Positions 37,054 through 45,840 of a stretch of DNA of 64,000 nt are shown here, one piece after another. The notes under the pieces are model-generated. The model saw only the letters and a list, made by a program, of their open reading frames with translations, made no database searches and was not told the origin of the DNA. The stretch comes from a virus. Its lineage: Duplodnaviria > Caudoviricetes. A program made the translations under genes and the position numbers. The stretch's first letter is position 1; each line of letters opens with the position of its first letter. The stretch covers positions 13,935-77,934 of IMG/VR virus record IMGVR_UViG_3300037448_000016. One strand, 5' to 3'.

Positions 37054-37163
37054 GCGTTGCTCCTTGGGTGTCGACGGCCTCACGCCGTCCGATCTGGTCC
37101 GTGGGCATCATGCCTACGAAGTTGGTAGGACATCACGTCCTGTCAAGGTGAAATATAGCGCAC

Positions 37164-38216
37164 CTACCTGGCCGGACCTCCAGTGATGTATCCGAAGCGG
37201 CGCAGCAACTCGATCGCCTTGTCCTGGTCGCCGTCCGCTTCCTGATAGATCTGATACGGCGTCGGACGGCGAGACTGCTCACTGCGGTACCCGTACCCGC
37301 CGTTCTTACGGGCCAGTTCCATCGTGTACCGGCCGCCGTCCGCGATGTACGTCGCGCCGCCGCGCTGAGCGTTGATGACCCGGTCGATCGCCGCTCCGTC
37401 GCGGACGGCCTGGGCCTGCGGGCCACCGAAGTACCGGTTCTGCTCGGCCTCGGTCAGCGAGTTGAAGTAGATCATCGGGTCGGTGAGAATGTCGCTGGCG
37501 TTCGCCTCGGAAACGCCTATGTGACGGCAGTCACAATTTGGATGTCTATAGAAGCCCTCGTTCCAGCGGAAGAACTTCCCGGCCAGCGCTACGCAGCGCC
37601 CGCACGACGGCGGATTGAGCACGCGGATCCAGCCCAGTGCGACGTCCTTGCCGTTCTGGTCCCTGGGCCCGGCCACCACGATGCTGACCTGCTCGGCCTC
37701 CCGCGCGGCATCGGCCGCCTGGGTCTGGGTGACCATCCGCAGCCAGTCGGCTCCACGGCGGGAGCCTTCGGCTGGCGGCCTGCCCTCACGCTCGGCCCGG
37801 CGCAGCGCCACCACAGCGCCAGCCAGCAGCGACTCCAGATCGCGCCCGTCACTGGCCCGGCCCGCGAACTTGAGCGGATCCAGGTCGGGACCGGTGTACG
37901 TCAGCCCCTGGAGCGCCATGACCTGCCGGACGTAGGTGTTCGAGTGCCGGGCCATCAACTCCTGGAGCATCGACACCAGGACGTAGATCTTCTCCCCGAT
38001 GCCGGACTTCCACGACGCGATGGCCTTGCCGGTCTCGATCGTTGCCCAGGCTGCGAGGACGCTGGCGATCATCGCCGCTGTCGCGGCCTGCTGCTCAGCG
38101 ATGTACTGGGTGCTGGTGGCCAGGATTTCCGCGCTGCCCGGCCGCTTCAGGGCCGCGCCCGGATTGACCGGCGGCGTCTCGGCCCCGCCCGGCCGGGCCA
38201 GCGGCTGAACGGTCAC
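37164..38216 (-). CDS. MuF-like minor capsid / head morphogenesis protein
   Basis: GWIRVLNPPSCGRC...HPNCDCRH; position after the portal gene. Confidence 0.75.
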   Translation of the reverse strand: MTVQPLARPGGAETPPVNPGAALKRPGSAEILATSTQYIAEQQAATAAMIASVLAAWATIETGKAIASWKSGIGEKIYVLVSMLQELMARHSNTYVRQVMALQGLTYTGPDLDPLKFAGRASDGRDLESLLAGAVVALRRAEREGRPPAEGSRRGADWLRMVTQTQAADAAREAEQVSIVVAGPRDQNGKDVALGWIRVLNPPSCGRCVALAGKFFRWNEGFYRHPNCDCRHIGVSEANASDILTDPMIYFNSLTEAEQNRYFGGPQAQAVRDGAAIDRVINAQRGGATYIADGGRYTMELARKNGGYGYRSEQSRRPTPYQIYQEADGDQDKAIELLRRFGYITGGPAR

Positions 38217-39895
38217 GTCGTCGCGGGCTTAGGGGCGTTCGGGCGGCGCTTGGCCGCGCTCGCGCTGGACTGGCCGCCGGACTGGCCGCCCGGGTTCGGG
38301 TTGCCCGCTGGTTTCTTCCTGGCCGGGGCCTGCGGCTGGCCGGTCTGCGTGCCGGTCGGCCCGCCACCGGCCGGGGCCGGGCCAGCCACCGTCGCGGCAG
38401 CCTGCCGGAACCGGTCCGCGAGCACCACGGTGGCGTCACCGGCGGCGGCGCGGGCCATCTTGTCCTCCAACATGTCCTTCCAGCGCTCCACCTCGACCGG
38501 GCTGGCGCCCCAGCGCTCCCAGAGCGCTTCCTCCGGCACGCCCAGGTCGGCCATCTTCAGCAGGGCGTCGACCAGTTCGCCCTCGGTGCGGAACTCCGGG
38601 TTGCGCCACATCGGCTCGTAGTACTGCTGGGTGTTTTTCAGGTCGCCCAGCCCGGCCAGTTTCCGGACCTGCGTGGCGCTGCCGACCAGCCCGCCCTTGT
38701 GCCCGCGCTGGCGCTGCTTCACCTTCGCCACCAGGCCGGACTCGCTGGCCTTCAGGGTGTCGCCGTTGACGTTGTTCATCTCGCCGAGGAGGTACTGCGC
38801 TGGGGTCCGGCTGCGGGAGGCGATGTCCTTGACGTCTTCGGGCTTGGCATTGATGTAGCCCTGAAGGTCGGCCGCCGAGAACTGACCGAACCGTGTCTCG
38901 ACAACCTCGGTGGTGACCATCCGGTCGCGGCCCACCTCGATCGGGGGCGTCGGGTTGCCGGAGGCGTCCTCTTCCGGCCAGCCGGTCGCCCACTTCTGCG
39001 GGAACGCGCCGTAGTCCTGCGTCATCAGCCGGTCCGCGATCGTCTTGACGATCCGGTCCTGGCTGTCGGTCAGGTCGTACAGTTCGGACTGGCCGCCGGT
39101 CAGCAGCCGGGGGTTGTTCGGCAGTTCCCAGAACGGGACGATGCCCTGCGTGTTCGGGCTGGCCGAAGCGTCCTGGTTCTGGTTACGGAACTCCCACACC
39201 GGCGACACGATCTCGGACAGGCCACCGAACTGGCTGGGGATCACCGGCATCCGGTGCTCGGAGCCGTCCGTCTGGAACTTCCAGAGCACCTTGTCCAGGT
39301 AGAGCGTGGCGAACACGACGCCGGTCCACTCGTCCTGGAAGACCTTCAGCGCCGCGCGGGCCTTGCGCCGGTTGGTGCCCGGCACGAACGCCATGATCGT
39401 CTGGCTGGAATGCTCCACCGTCCAGATCGGCGTGCTGGAGTCCTCGGGGTTCGGCGCCACCGCGACGTAGGAGACGCCAGTGATCGCGGCCTCCAGGAAT
39501 CCCATGTCCATCTGAGAGTCCATCTCGTTGGCTTCCCAGATGCGCAGCAGTTCGTCGTCCACGATCGGCATGTCCGCGTCCTCGGAGTCCGCGTCCGGTG
39601 CGATCGACCCCTGCCCGGCCGGGCCGCTGCGCCGGGTCGACAGCCGGAAACCGTCGATCGCCATCCGCTCGCACTGCGCGTCGATGACCAGGCCCATGTA
39701 GTTCGCTCGCGCCATCTTCAGGATCCGGCGGAACTCCTCGGCGGCCTGCGGCGCGAGCCACGGGAGCGGGAAGTCGCCCCGGTAGTAGTCGTCCCACTTG
39801 TTGATGAGTGGACGACGGTTGAGCAACTCCTGATACAGCCGATTGACCCACCAGACAGGCTGACCAACCTTGTAGGCATCGAGGCTGATCGCCAT
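38213..39895 (-). CDS. Portal protein (SPP1 gp6-like)
   Basis: DDYYRG, ANYMGLVID, VPFWELPNNPR, PQKWATG and SGLVAKV. Confidence 0.92.
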   Translation of the reverse strand: MAISLDAYKVGQPVWWVNRLYQELLNRRPLINKWDDYYRGDFPLPWLAPQAAEEFRRILKMARANYMGLVIDAQCERMAIDGFRLSTRRSGPAGQGSIAPDADSEDADMPIVDDELLRIWEANEMDSQMDMGFLEAAITGVSYVAVAPNPEDSSTPIWTVEHSSQTIMAFVPGTNRRKARAALKVFQDEWTGVVFATLYLDKVLWKFQTDGSEHRMPVIPSQFGGLSEIVSPVWEFRNQNQDASASPNTQGIVPFWELPNNPRLLTGGQSELYDLTDSQDRIVKTIADRLMTQDYGAFPQKWATGWPEEDASGNPTPPIEVGRDRMVTTEVVETRFGQFSAADLQGYINAKPEDVKDIASRSRTPAQYLLGEMNNVNGDTLKASESGLVAKVKQRQRGHKGGLVGSATQVRKLAGLGDLKNTQQYYEPMWRNPEFRTEGELVDALLKMADLGVPEEALWERWGASPVEVERWKDMLEDKMARAAAGDATVVLADRFRQAAATVAGPAPAGGGPTGTQTGQPQAPARKKPAGNPNPGGQSGGQSSASAAKRRPNAPKPATT

Positions 39896-39909
39896 GCCGT
39901 CCTCCAGTT

Positions 39910-41592
39910 TTAGTACGCGCGGGCCTTACCCTTGGCTCTGGTGAGGCGCCGGGCCGGTCGCCATGCGTCAGGACCGATGGCGTGAAGATCGGCGGCTGCC
40001 TCGTGGGCCAGGGTATCCGCCATCGCGATGTCAATCTTCTGGTGTGCGCTGGGCTTGCCCAGGATGTACTTGTCGCCCGGCTTGGCCACCTTCCGCGCTG
40101 AGGAGATGTGCAGCGCGGCCACCGCGTCCGCGTCGTGCGTGCTGCGGCCCGATTTCAGGTCGTTGAAGGCCCGTTTCAGCGCGAGGAACATGGCATCGAT
40201 GCGCCAGGTGTTCCACTCGAAGACCTCCTCCTCGCCGTACGCCAGGGCCCAGTCACCGATCTCCGAGCGCCAGTCCCTCGGGTCGCAGTAGAAACGCCGC
40301 AGCCGGTATCGCGTGGCGATCTCGTCCACGCACGCCTGCACTTCGCCGCGCGGGATGGAGCCGCCCCACTCGGCCGGGTTCCAGTAGGCCGGGCGCCGGT
40401 CGGGGCCGTAGTGCGGGGTGAAGCGGTAGCCGTCCTGCGTCTCCAGCCGGATCGCGGTCCAGTCGTCGTTCTCTGAGCCGTCGAAGCCACCGGCGACCGC
40501 CGTGCCGTCCGGCGGCTCGGGGCGGGTCTTGTCCTCGTGAGCCTCCCAGAGCGCGTCCTCGATCCACTGGCCGAGGCCCGCCACGATCCGGTTGCCGTAG
40601 AACCGCTCGGCCATGCCCGGGTCGGTCAGGATGATCTCTTCGGCCTCCGCGTTGACTGCGGACAGGTCGACCCACCACGAGCCCCGGTAGACGTGCCGCA
40701 GGATGCGCATCCGCTCGCGCTTGTCGGTGAACGACAGGTGCGCGGGGGCGAGCCGGTGCAGCCGGAAGATGTCCTTCTTCACCCGGCTGGACAGTTCGGT
40801 CTGCTGGGCCACCGAGTTCTCGGACGGATCCCAGCCGTTGGTCGTCTCCACCACGCGCCCGGCCATACCGGAGACACCACGGCGCTGGGTCTGCGCGACC
40901 TTCACCATGTTGCCGCCCTTGCCGTCTTTCGACATCGGCAGCCACAGGCCGACCTCGTCCTGCGGGACGAACGTGACGCGCTGGCCGAGCCGGGACTGGT
41001 TGTTGCTCGTCACCCGGTCGATCCGGCCGTCTTCCGGCAGCCGGATGAACTCCTCACCGGTGCGGGGGATGACGTTGGTCAGCGGGCCTTTCTCGATCAT
41101 CGGGCGCAGCGCGTCCCAGACGTTCCCGGCCTGTTCCTCGGAGAAGGCGGTGATCTGGATCAGCGGCGTCGGCCGGACGGCGCCCATCGGCTCGCCGCGC
41201 TCGTACTCGTACTCCCAGCCGCACGGGCAGCCGTTGTCGTCGCAGCGGTAGACCTCGCCGCCTTCGGCCCAGCCCGCGAACATGCTCGGGCCGACCGCTT
41301 CCAGGCAGCACTGAGCCGCCGTCATCGGGCCCTTGCCCGCCTTCTGCGGCATGACGACCTGCGAGCGCCGGTACCAGAACGCCGGGGCCCCCACCGCCGG
41401 GGAGCGGGTCAGACGCGCCGTCGGCTTCACCCGGTAGTGGTTGAGGAAAAACCACTCCTGCCAATCGGCCAGAAGATACGGCTCACCGGCCGAAAACTGG
41501 TCCGGGATAACGCAGTGCGCTTCCACCCAGTCGACCGTGATGAACATCGTCGGCCATTCGACGACGAACTGGTCCGGGTCTTGCGGCGGCAT
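39910..41592 (-). CDS. terL: Terminase large subunit
   Basis: PQKAGKG, IQITAFSEEQ, QDEVGLW, GFDGSENDDWT and KIDIAMA. Confidence 0.92.
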   Translation of the reverse strand: MPPQDPDQFVVEWPTMFITVDWVEAHCVIPDQFSAGEPYLLADWQEWFFLNHYRVKPTARLTRSPAVGAPAFWYRRSQVVMPQKAGKGPMTAAQCCLEAVGPSMFAGWAEGGEVYRCDDNGCPCGWEYEYERGEPMGAVRPTPLIQITAFSEEQAGNVWDALRPMIEKGPLTNVIPRTGEEFIRLPEDGRIDRVTSNNQSRLGQRVTFVPQDEVGLWLPMSKDGKGGNMVKVAQTQRRGVSGMAGRVVETTNGWDPSENSVAQQTELSSRVKKDIFRLHRLAPAHLSFTDKRERMRILRHVYRGSWWVDLSAVNAEAEEIILTDPGMAERFYGNRIVAGLGQWIEDALWEAHEDKTRPEPPDGTAVAGGFDGSENDDWTAIRLETQDGYRFTPHYGPDRRPAYWNPAEWGGSIPRGEVQACVDEIATRYRLRRFYCDPRDWRSEIGDWALAYGEEEVFEWNTWRIDAMFLALKRAFNDLKSGRSTHDADAVAALHISSARKVAKPGDKYILGKPSAHQKIDIAMADTLAHEAAADLHAIGPDAWRPARRLTRAKGKARAY

Positions 41593-41894
41593 TACCGGCT
41601 CAACGCGGCGGCGCGCTCCGGGTCGAACGAGTTCGGCACGTCAACGGTCCAGCGGCTGGCCACCAGCAGGTAGTCGCCACCCTCCACCAGATCGGAGCCG
41701 CGCCGGATGTAGAACTCCGGCGGACGGTCCAGACGCAGCCGCCCACCGACCTCGCGTGCGACCTGCTCGGCCTTCACCCGGCACCGCTCGACAACGTCCG
41801 CAGCCAATGCGTTCTTCCTCGCCGTGGAGAAGAGGTTCTCGGCCAGCATCGCCTCGTTGATCGCCAGTTCGACGTCCATCTTCACGGTCTTCAC
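41592..41894 (-). CDS. Hypothetical protein
   Basis: GGAG RBS, GTG start, 100 aa. Confidence 0.55.
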   Translation of the reverse strand: MKTVKMDVELAINEAMLAENLFSTARKNALAADVVERCRVKAEQVAREVGGRLRLDRPPEFYIRRGSDLVEGGDYLLVASRWTVDVPNSFDPERAAALSR

Positions 41895-41896
41895 GG

Positions 41897-42193
41897 TTAC
41901 TCCAGGGTGAGCGGTGGCATCGGCCACAAGGGGATCGGCACGGCAGCCGACTGCCGGGCTCGCTGGTCCCCCACCGGCAGGATAGCGACATTGGCCCAGC
42001 GCACCGTCGTGTGACCACCGTGGCCGTGGACCGCTCGGGCCTGGTCGATCGAATCCCAGAGCGCCGTGGAGGGGGTCGCGGTCAGCCAGCGCAGCGCCAC
42101 GCGCCCGTCCGTGAACTCCACCCCCTCCGCGACGATCCCCGTGCCGGACACGCCGCTGACGTCGACCTCCCTCACCAGATGGAACGGTCGCAT
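41897..42193 (-). CDS. Small protein of a type I recognise from actinophages
   Basis: MRPFHLVREVDVSGVSGTGIVAEGVEFTDGRVALRW. Confidence 0.75.
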   Translation of the reverse strand: MRPFHLVREVDVSGVSGTGIVAEGVEFTDGRVALRWLTATPSTALWDSIDQARAVHGHGGHTTVRWANVAILPVGDQRARQSAAVPIPLWPMPPLTLE

Positions 42194-42777
42194 CAGAAGG
42201 GGATATCTCCTTCGGGCTCCTGCTCGTCGCCGTGCTCGTCGGTCTTCGGCAGGTCCTCGTCGGCCGTGGGCGGCACGACGGTGAACTTGTTCCGGCTGCC
42301 CTTGGGGCGGCCGACCGGTCGGCCGGTGGGCACGTAGTTGCTCGGCGGGGCGCCGGAGCGGATCGCCGAATCGAGCAGTTCCGCTTCCCGCGTGCCGTCG
42401 ATGACGTACCGGCCGCTGGCCAGCGCCGCCGGGGTGAGGAACAGGTCGTTCGACAACTGCCGGACGAACATCCGGGCCTGCGCACCGGCCTTGGGGTTCA
42501 TCGCCTCCAGGTAGGTGCGGACGTAGAACGCCACCAGGTCGTTGGAGCGGTCCATCTCCCAGACCAGCGCCTGGGGGAGCGTCCACACCTCGCGCCACTT
42601 CAGCAGTTCGTCCTCGTTGGGCTCCGGAACGGCAGCGGGCCACTCCGGAGCCTCAGCGAGGCGCCCCGCCGCAGGGAGTTTCGTCCACTCCTTGCCGTCC
42701 CGGTTGCGCTTCAGTGCCTGCATGTCCGGCGCCGGTCCGCTACGGACTCGTGCGCCGCCTGATCCTGGTCCGCCCAT
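42193..42777 (-). CDS. terS: Terminase small subunit
   Basis: MGGPGSGGAR..SGPAPD, LPAAGR..PEWP and W..VW..PQA..W. Confidence 0.8.
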   Translation of the reverse strand: MGGPGSGGARVRSGPAPDMQALKRNRDGKEWTKLPAAGRLAEAPEWPAAVPEPNEDELLKWREVWTLPQALVWEMDRSNDLVAFYVRTYLEAMNPKAGAQARMFVRQLSNDLFLTPAALASGRYVIDGTREAELLDSAIRSGAPPSNYVPTGRPVGRPKGSRNKFTVVPPTADEDLPKTDEHGDEQEPEGDIPF

Positions 42778-42786
42778 CCCCCCAGA

Positions 42787-43791
42787 CTAGCGCCGCAGGT
42801 CGAAGACCTGGTTCTTGATGACCAGGGGCTTATCCTCGGGGCCGCGAACGTGGTCGTTGATCCAGATTCGCTTGCGCTCTTTCCGGCCTTCACCGTGGGC
42901 CTGCCAGCGCCAGAACCCGCGTACCAGCCAGCGGTGCGACCACTCCACGGCGCTGCCTTCGGCCTCGTCGGGCCGCTTGGCGTACCGGTGCTTGCGCAAC
43001 TCCACGACGGTCACCTTGGAGTCTTTCGGCATCCGGGCCTTCTTGAGGCCAGGCTTCACGCTGGGGTGAGGCCGCTGCGTGCTGACCACGGTGATCTGCT
43101 GGTCGATCATCAGCCAGAAGGCGTGCAGCAGCCGGGCCGTATTCGTGACGGGCATCTCCGCGATGTTGCCGCTGATCTCGACCGGATCGTGAGCGTCGCC
43201 CCGGCTGACGTATTCAGGCAGCACGGACGGCCCGAGCGACAGACCGTTGGGCCGGGAGACGATCTGGGTCCAGCGCCACCGGCCGAACACCTTCTGGCTC
43301 ACGCTGGACGCCACCGCCGTGGTCACGCCTTCCTCAGGCCGGTCGACGGCGTCCATCATCAGGATGTAGGTCACTCCGGTTGCGCCAGCCCGCCAGAGGA
43401 TCCAGTCGACCCAGGTATCGATCTCGCCCACGATGATGCGCAGACCGCCGTCGAACCGGACCAGCCCCGACGACGACGGCGCGAGCGCCGCATTGGTCAC
43501 GTCGGACTCGTCGAGTCCCTCGGCGGCGTGCTGGATCACCTTGGTCATGTCGGCGGACACGTGGAACGCCTCAGCGTTGCGAGCGATGACGCTGGTGTCA
43601 TGGGCCAGTTCGGCAGCGATGCGGAGTTTCTCCCGCTCCTGGATCGGGAGCAGCACACCACTGAGCCGTTCCCTCGTCGCGGTCTGGTAGAAGAACCGCG
43701 CGGTGTAGATCATGAATTCGTCGTCCTGGAAGCGGCGGAGCAGATCCGCCTGCGCTTCAAGGACTTTCGCCGGTGCCATCTTCGTCGCCAT
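42787..43791 (-). CDS. Hypothetical phage protein
   Basis: C-terminal WSHRWLVRGFWRWQAHG...IWINDHVRGP; leaderless after a strong promoter. Confidence 0.7.
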   Translation of the reverse strand: MATKMAPAKVLEAQADLLRRFQDDEFMIYTARFFYQTATRERLSGVLLPIQEREKLRIAAELAHDTSVIARNAEAFHVSADMTKVIQHAAEGLDESDVTNAALAPSSSGLVRFDGGLRIIVGEIDTWVDWILWRAGATGVTYILMMDAVDRPEEGVTTAVASSVSQKVFGRWRWTQIVSRPNGLSLGPSVLPEYVSRGDAHDPVEISGNIAEMPVTNTARLLHAFWLMIDQQITVVSTQRPHPSVKPGLKKARMPKDSKVTVVELRKHRYAKRPDEAEGSAVEWSHRWLVRGFWRWQAHGEGRKERKRIWINDHVRGPEDKPLVIKNQVFDLRR

Positions 43792-43796
43792 GGTTC

Positions 43797-43828
43797 ATTG
43801 TAAGCGTCCAGTCAGTGACTTGTCAACT
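43797..43828 (-). promoter_or_regulatory. Near-consensus promoter (repeated family)
   Basis: TTGACA-AGTCACTGAC...-18 bp-TACAAT, 5 nt before ATG. Confidence 0.85.
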
Positions 43829-43987
43829 ACTGGACAAATAGAGAGAGGCCGATCGCATGGCCTCTTCAGGCGTTTGCGTTCGGCCCCTCTCGGCGGCGGC
43901 CAACCCTGGGATGAGGTTTGACGACGACGACCCAGTTTCGCAGCACCGCTGTGGTCAACTATGGGCGATGGTCAGCCCGTTGTCAAC

Positions 43988-44302
43988 CTAGACGCGCGAG
44001 GTCGGCTCACCAGCCGACACCACGATCTCGGTCACCTCGCCGGTCACGACGTCAATCGCCAGGCTGCCCTGGAAATTGACCGTGCCGTCGCCGTCCGGGT
44101 CGTCGTTCACGGTCACGACGGCGGTGCCGAGGGTTCCCGTGGTGACGACCAGCGCGGTGCCGTCGCCGTTGTCGGTCAGGGTCAGGATCGACTCGTCGTC
44201 CACCGTGAACGCCAGGCCGGTCGGCTGGATCGGTACCGGGTTGCCAGCGGCATCCACACCGGAAACGGACAGGGTGACCTGCTGGGAATCGAGCAGTTGC
44301 AT
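43988..44302 (-). CDS. Ig-like domain protein (104 aa)
   Basis: TAGGAG RBS; VTLSVSGVDAAGNPV...TDNGDGTALV. Confidence 0.65.
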   Translation of the reverse strand: MQLLDSQQVTLSVSGVDAAGNPVPIQPTGLAFTVDDESILTLTDNGDGTALVVTTGTLGTAVVTVNDDPDGDGTVNFQGSLAIDVVTGEVTEIVVSAGEPTSRV

Positions 44303-44912
44303 GGTGACGTCTCCTAGGTGAGCGGAACTCGCCGGGCGGTGCTTCCGCTTCCGGCGGTGAGGGTTTCCAGAGAGTGGGCGGCTGGTGACAGGACCGATCG
44401 TCCAATGCACCCCTCCACGGCGAGGCGGGCCCGCGAGCGGGACAGCGGTCGTCGTGGTGGTCACCGTCCAGCCGAGCGGGAATTGGCTCGACAGGTCCAT
44501 GAGTGGCAATTCGATGACGCACCTCCCGGTAGCGAAATCAGGGTGCCACAGCAACGGCCGAACGGGCGAGTACGGACACAGAAACGGCCCACCGGGGTCG
44601 AGTCCGGTGAGCCGTCCTGCCAGACAGATAACACGCTGTCAACCGTGGCGTTTACCGGCCGCTCGCCCTGTCCGCCGTGCGGCTACGATCCAGTCATTGA
44701 CCGGGCGCGATGTCGCAACGGTTTCCAGATCTGGGATCCTACACCGGATGGTGCCCGGAGCGCACCCCGCCGGGCCGGGTGGAACGACGGATCTGGAGCA
44801 CCACTCCATCACCGTCGAGTGCTGGGCCGCGATCCGGGTTCCACCCCGGGCCGACCGTATGGCGCTCAGTTCGCAGTCTCTGGCCTTGCGGCGTAGTGCT
44901 GCTCACCTTCTG

Positions 44913-45008
44913 CGTGCCCCTGCCGGTCTCGAACCGGCTCGACGGGTGCTCCACCGTCTTTAACCTAATGGGCGCGTCCGCCCGGGGCTTGCGACCGGCG
45001 GTAGGCAC
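44913..45008 (-). ncRNA. tRNA-like element (long variable arm, degenerate anticodon arm)
   Basis: GTGCCT/GGGCAC acceptor-like stem; T-arm GCCGG-TTCGAGA-CCGGC; GACGG/CCGTC arm. Confidence 0.55.
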
Positions 45009-45072
45009 CGGGAGGAACCGAAGTCCCCCATCGGGGAGACGCTATGCGCCCCGAACCCATACCACCGGCCCA

Positions 45073-45149
45073 CCAGGCACTGCCGTCCTCGGTCTCCGGG
45101 TCTGGAACCAGGTTCCTTTACGGCTGGACCTACACGCGGCAGTGCTTGG
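45073..45149 (-). ncRNA. Structured RNA with a long closing helix
   Basis: GCACTGCCG/CGGCAGTGC perfect 9-bp stem extended by CCA/TGG. Confidence 0.45.
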
Positions 45150-45150
45150 C

Positions 45151-45207
45151 TGGTGGAGCCCCAGGGAATCGAACCCCAGTCGGTTTCCGCCGAGATAACT
45201 CGGCCCC
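45151..45207 (-). ncRNA. Mini tRNA-Ala / tmRNA-TLD-like RNA (57 nt)
   Basis: 5' GGGGCC and 3' GGCTCC-A-CCA with G3:U70; T-loop TTCGATT. Confidence 0.6.
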
Positions 45208-45217
45208 CTGCTGCCAG

Positions 45218-45296
45218 CGTGCCCCTTGACCCTCAGCGTCCGCCGGAGGATCGCTCCAACGCTGCGAGGGTACAGCCGGTTGGGGCTGCGAGACAC
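45218..45296 (-). ncRNA. Multi-stem structured RNA with an acceptor-like stem
   Basis: GTGTCTC/GGGGCAC, CAGCC/GGCTG, CCCTC/GAGGG, AGCGT/ACGCT and GGAG/CTCC stems. Confidence 0.45.
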
Positions 45297-45333
45297 AGTC
45301 TTCCACGCTTGACTGGACGCTGTCAAGGTTTTG

Positions 45334-45840
45334 TCAATTGCCAATGCGGTCTCGCTTGTCCAGGTTGCAGCCCAAATGAGCCAGTTGGACATTGGCCAGC
45401 ACGTGCTTGCCACCGCGCGAAATCGGGAACCGGTGATCGAGGCTTTTGCTCGCTCGATCCGGATACTCCAGCGTCATATCCACCAGTCCGCCGCAGAGAC
45501 GGCACGTCCAGCCGTCGCGGCGGGCGACCTCCGTCAGCAGGATGCGCTCACCGGAGTCCATCTGTGCTCGGCGCCGGTGGTAGGCATCGCGGCGCCGGTC
45601 ATTCCAGCCACCAGCCGATTCGTACTCGGCCGCGTAGTCCCGAGGCGGACGTGACTCTTTCAGGTGGGTGTTGCAGAGACCTTTCGCGCGATGCGGCCGG
45701 TTGCAGGATTTCCGCGAGCAACGGCGGGGGTTCGCTCGCTCCTGGCATTGCTTGCAGCAGTACAGCCTGGGGCGGCCAGATCCGGTACGGAATGGGAGCA
45801 AATTGGCGCATGGAAAGGCTTGACAGGTCGTTGTCGTCAC
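45334..45840 (-). CDS. HNH endonuclease with N-terminal Zn-finger
   Basis: RDGWTCRLCG, SLDHRFPISRGG and NVQLAHLGCN. Confidence 0.9.
   Translation of the reverse strand: MTTTTCQAFPCANLLPFRTGSGRPRLYCCKQCQERANPRRCSRKSCNRPHRAKGLCNTHLKESRPPRDYAAEYESAGGWNDRRRDAYHRRRAQMDSGERILLTEVARRDGWTCRLCGGLVDMTLEYPDRASKSLDHRFPISRGGKHVLANVQLAHLGCNLDKRDRIGN

Noticed and set aside
43988-44554. 188-aa extended version of the Ig-like ORF, and similar 5' extensions in the ORF track (e.g. 14832, 12109, 34289, 9607)
   Set aside because: Downstream starts have clear RBS or stop-start overlaps, and the extensions overlap neighbouring genes or are low-complexity
44913-45008. Canonical tRNA-Trp or tRNA-Sec call
   Set aside because: The anticodon stem has mismatches and the loop lacks U33 and purine 37; no UCA anticodon
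45061-45150. HDV-like (theta) ribozyme, SRP RNA or YrlA RNA after the mini-tRNA
   Set aside because: Could not place the P1/P1.1/P3 pseudoknot, the SRP domain-IV consensus or the permuted T-before-D arm order
45151-45400. Full-length tmRNA (ssrA)
   Set aside because: The matching 5' GGGGCC lies only 57 nt from the CCA end, leaving no room for a tag ORF or pseudoknots
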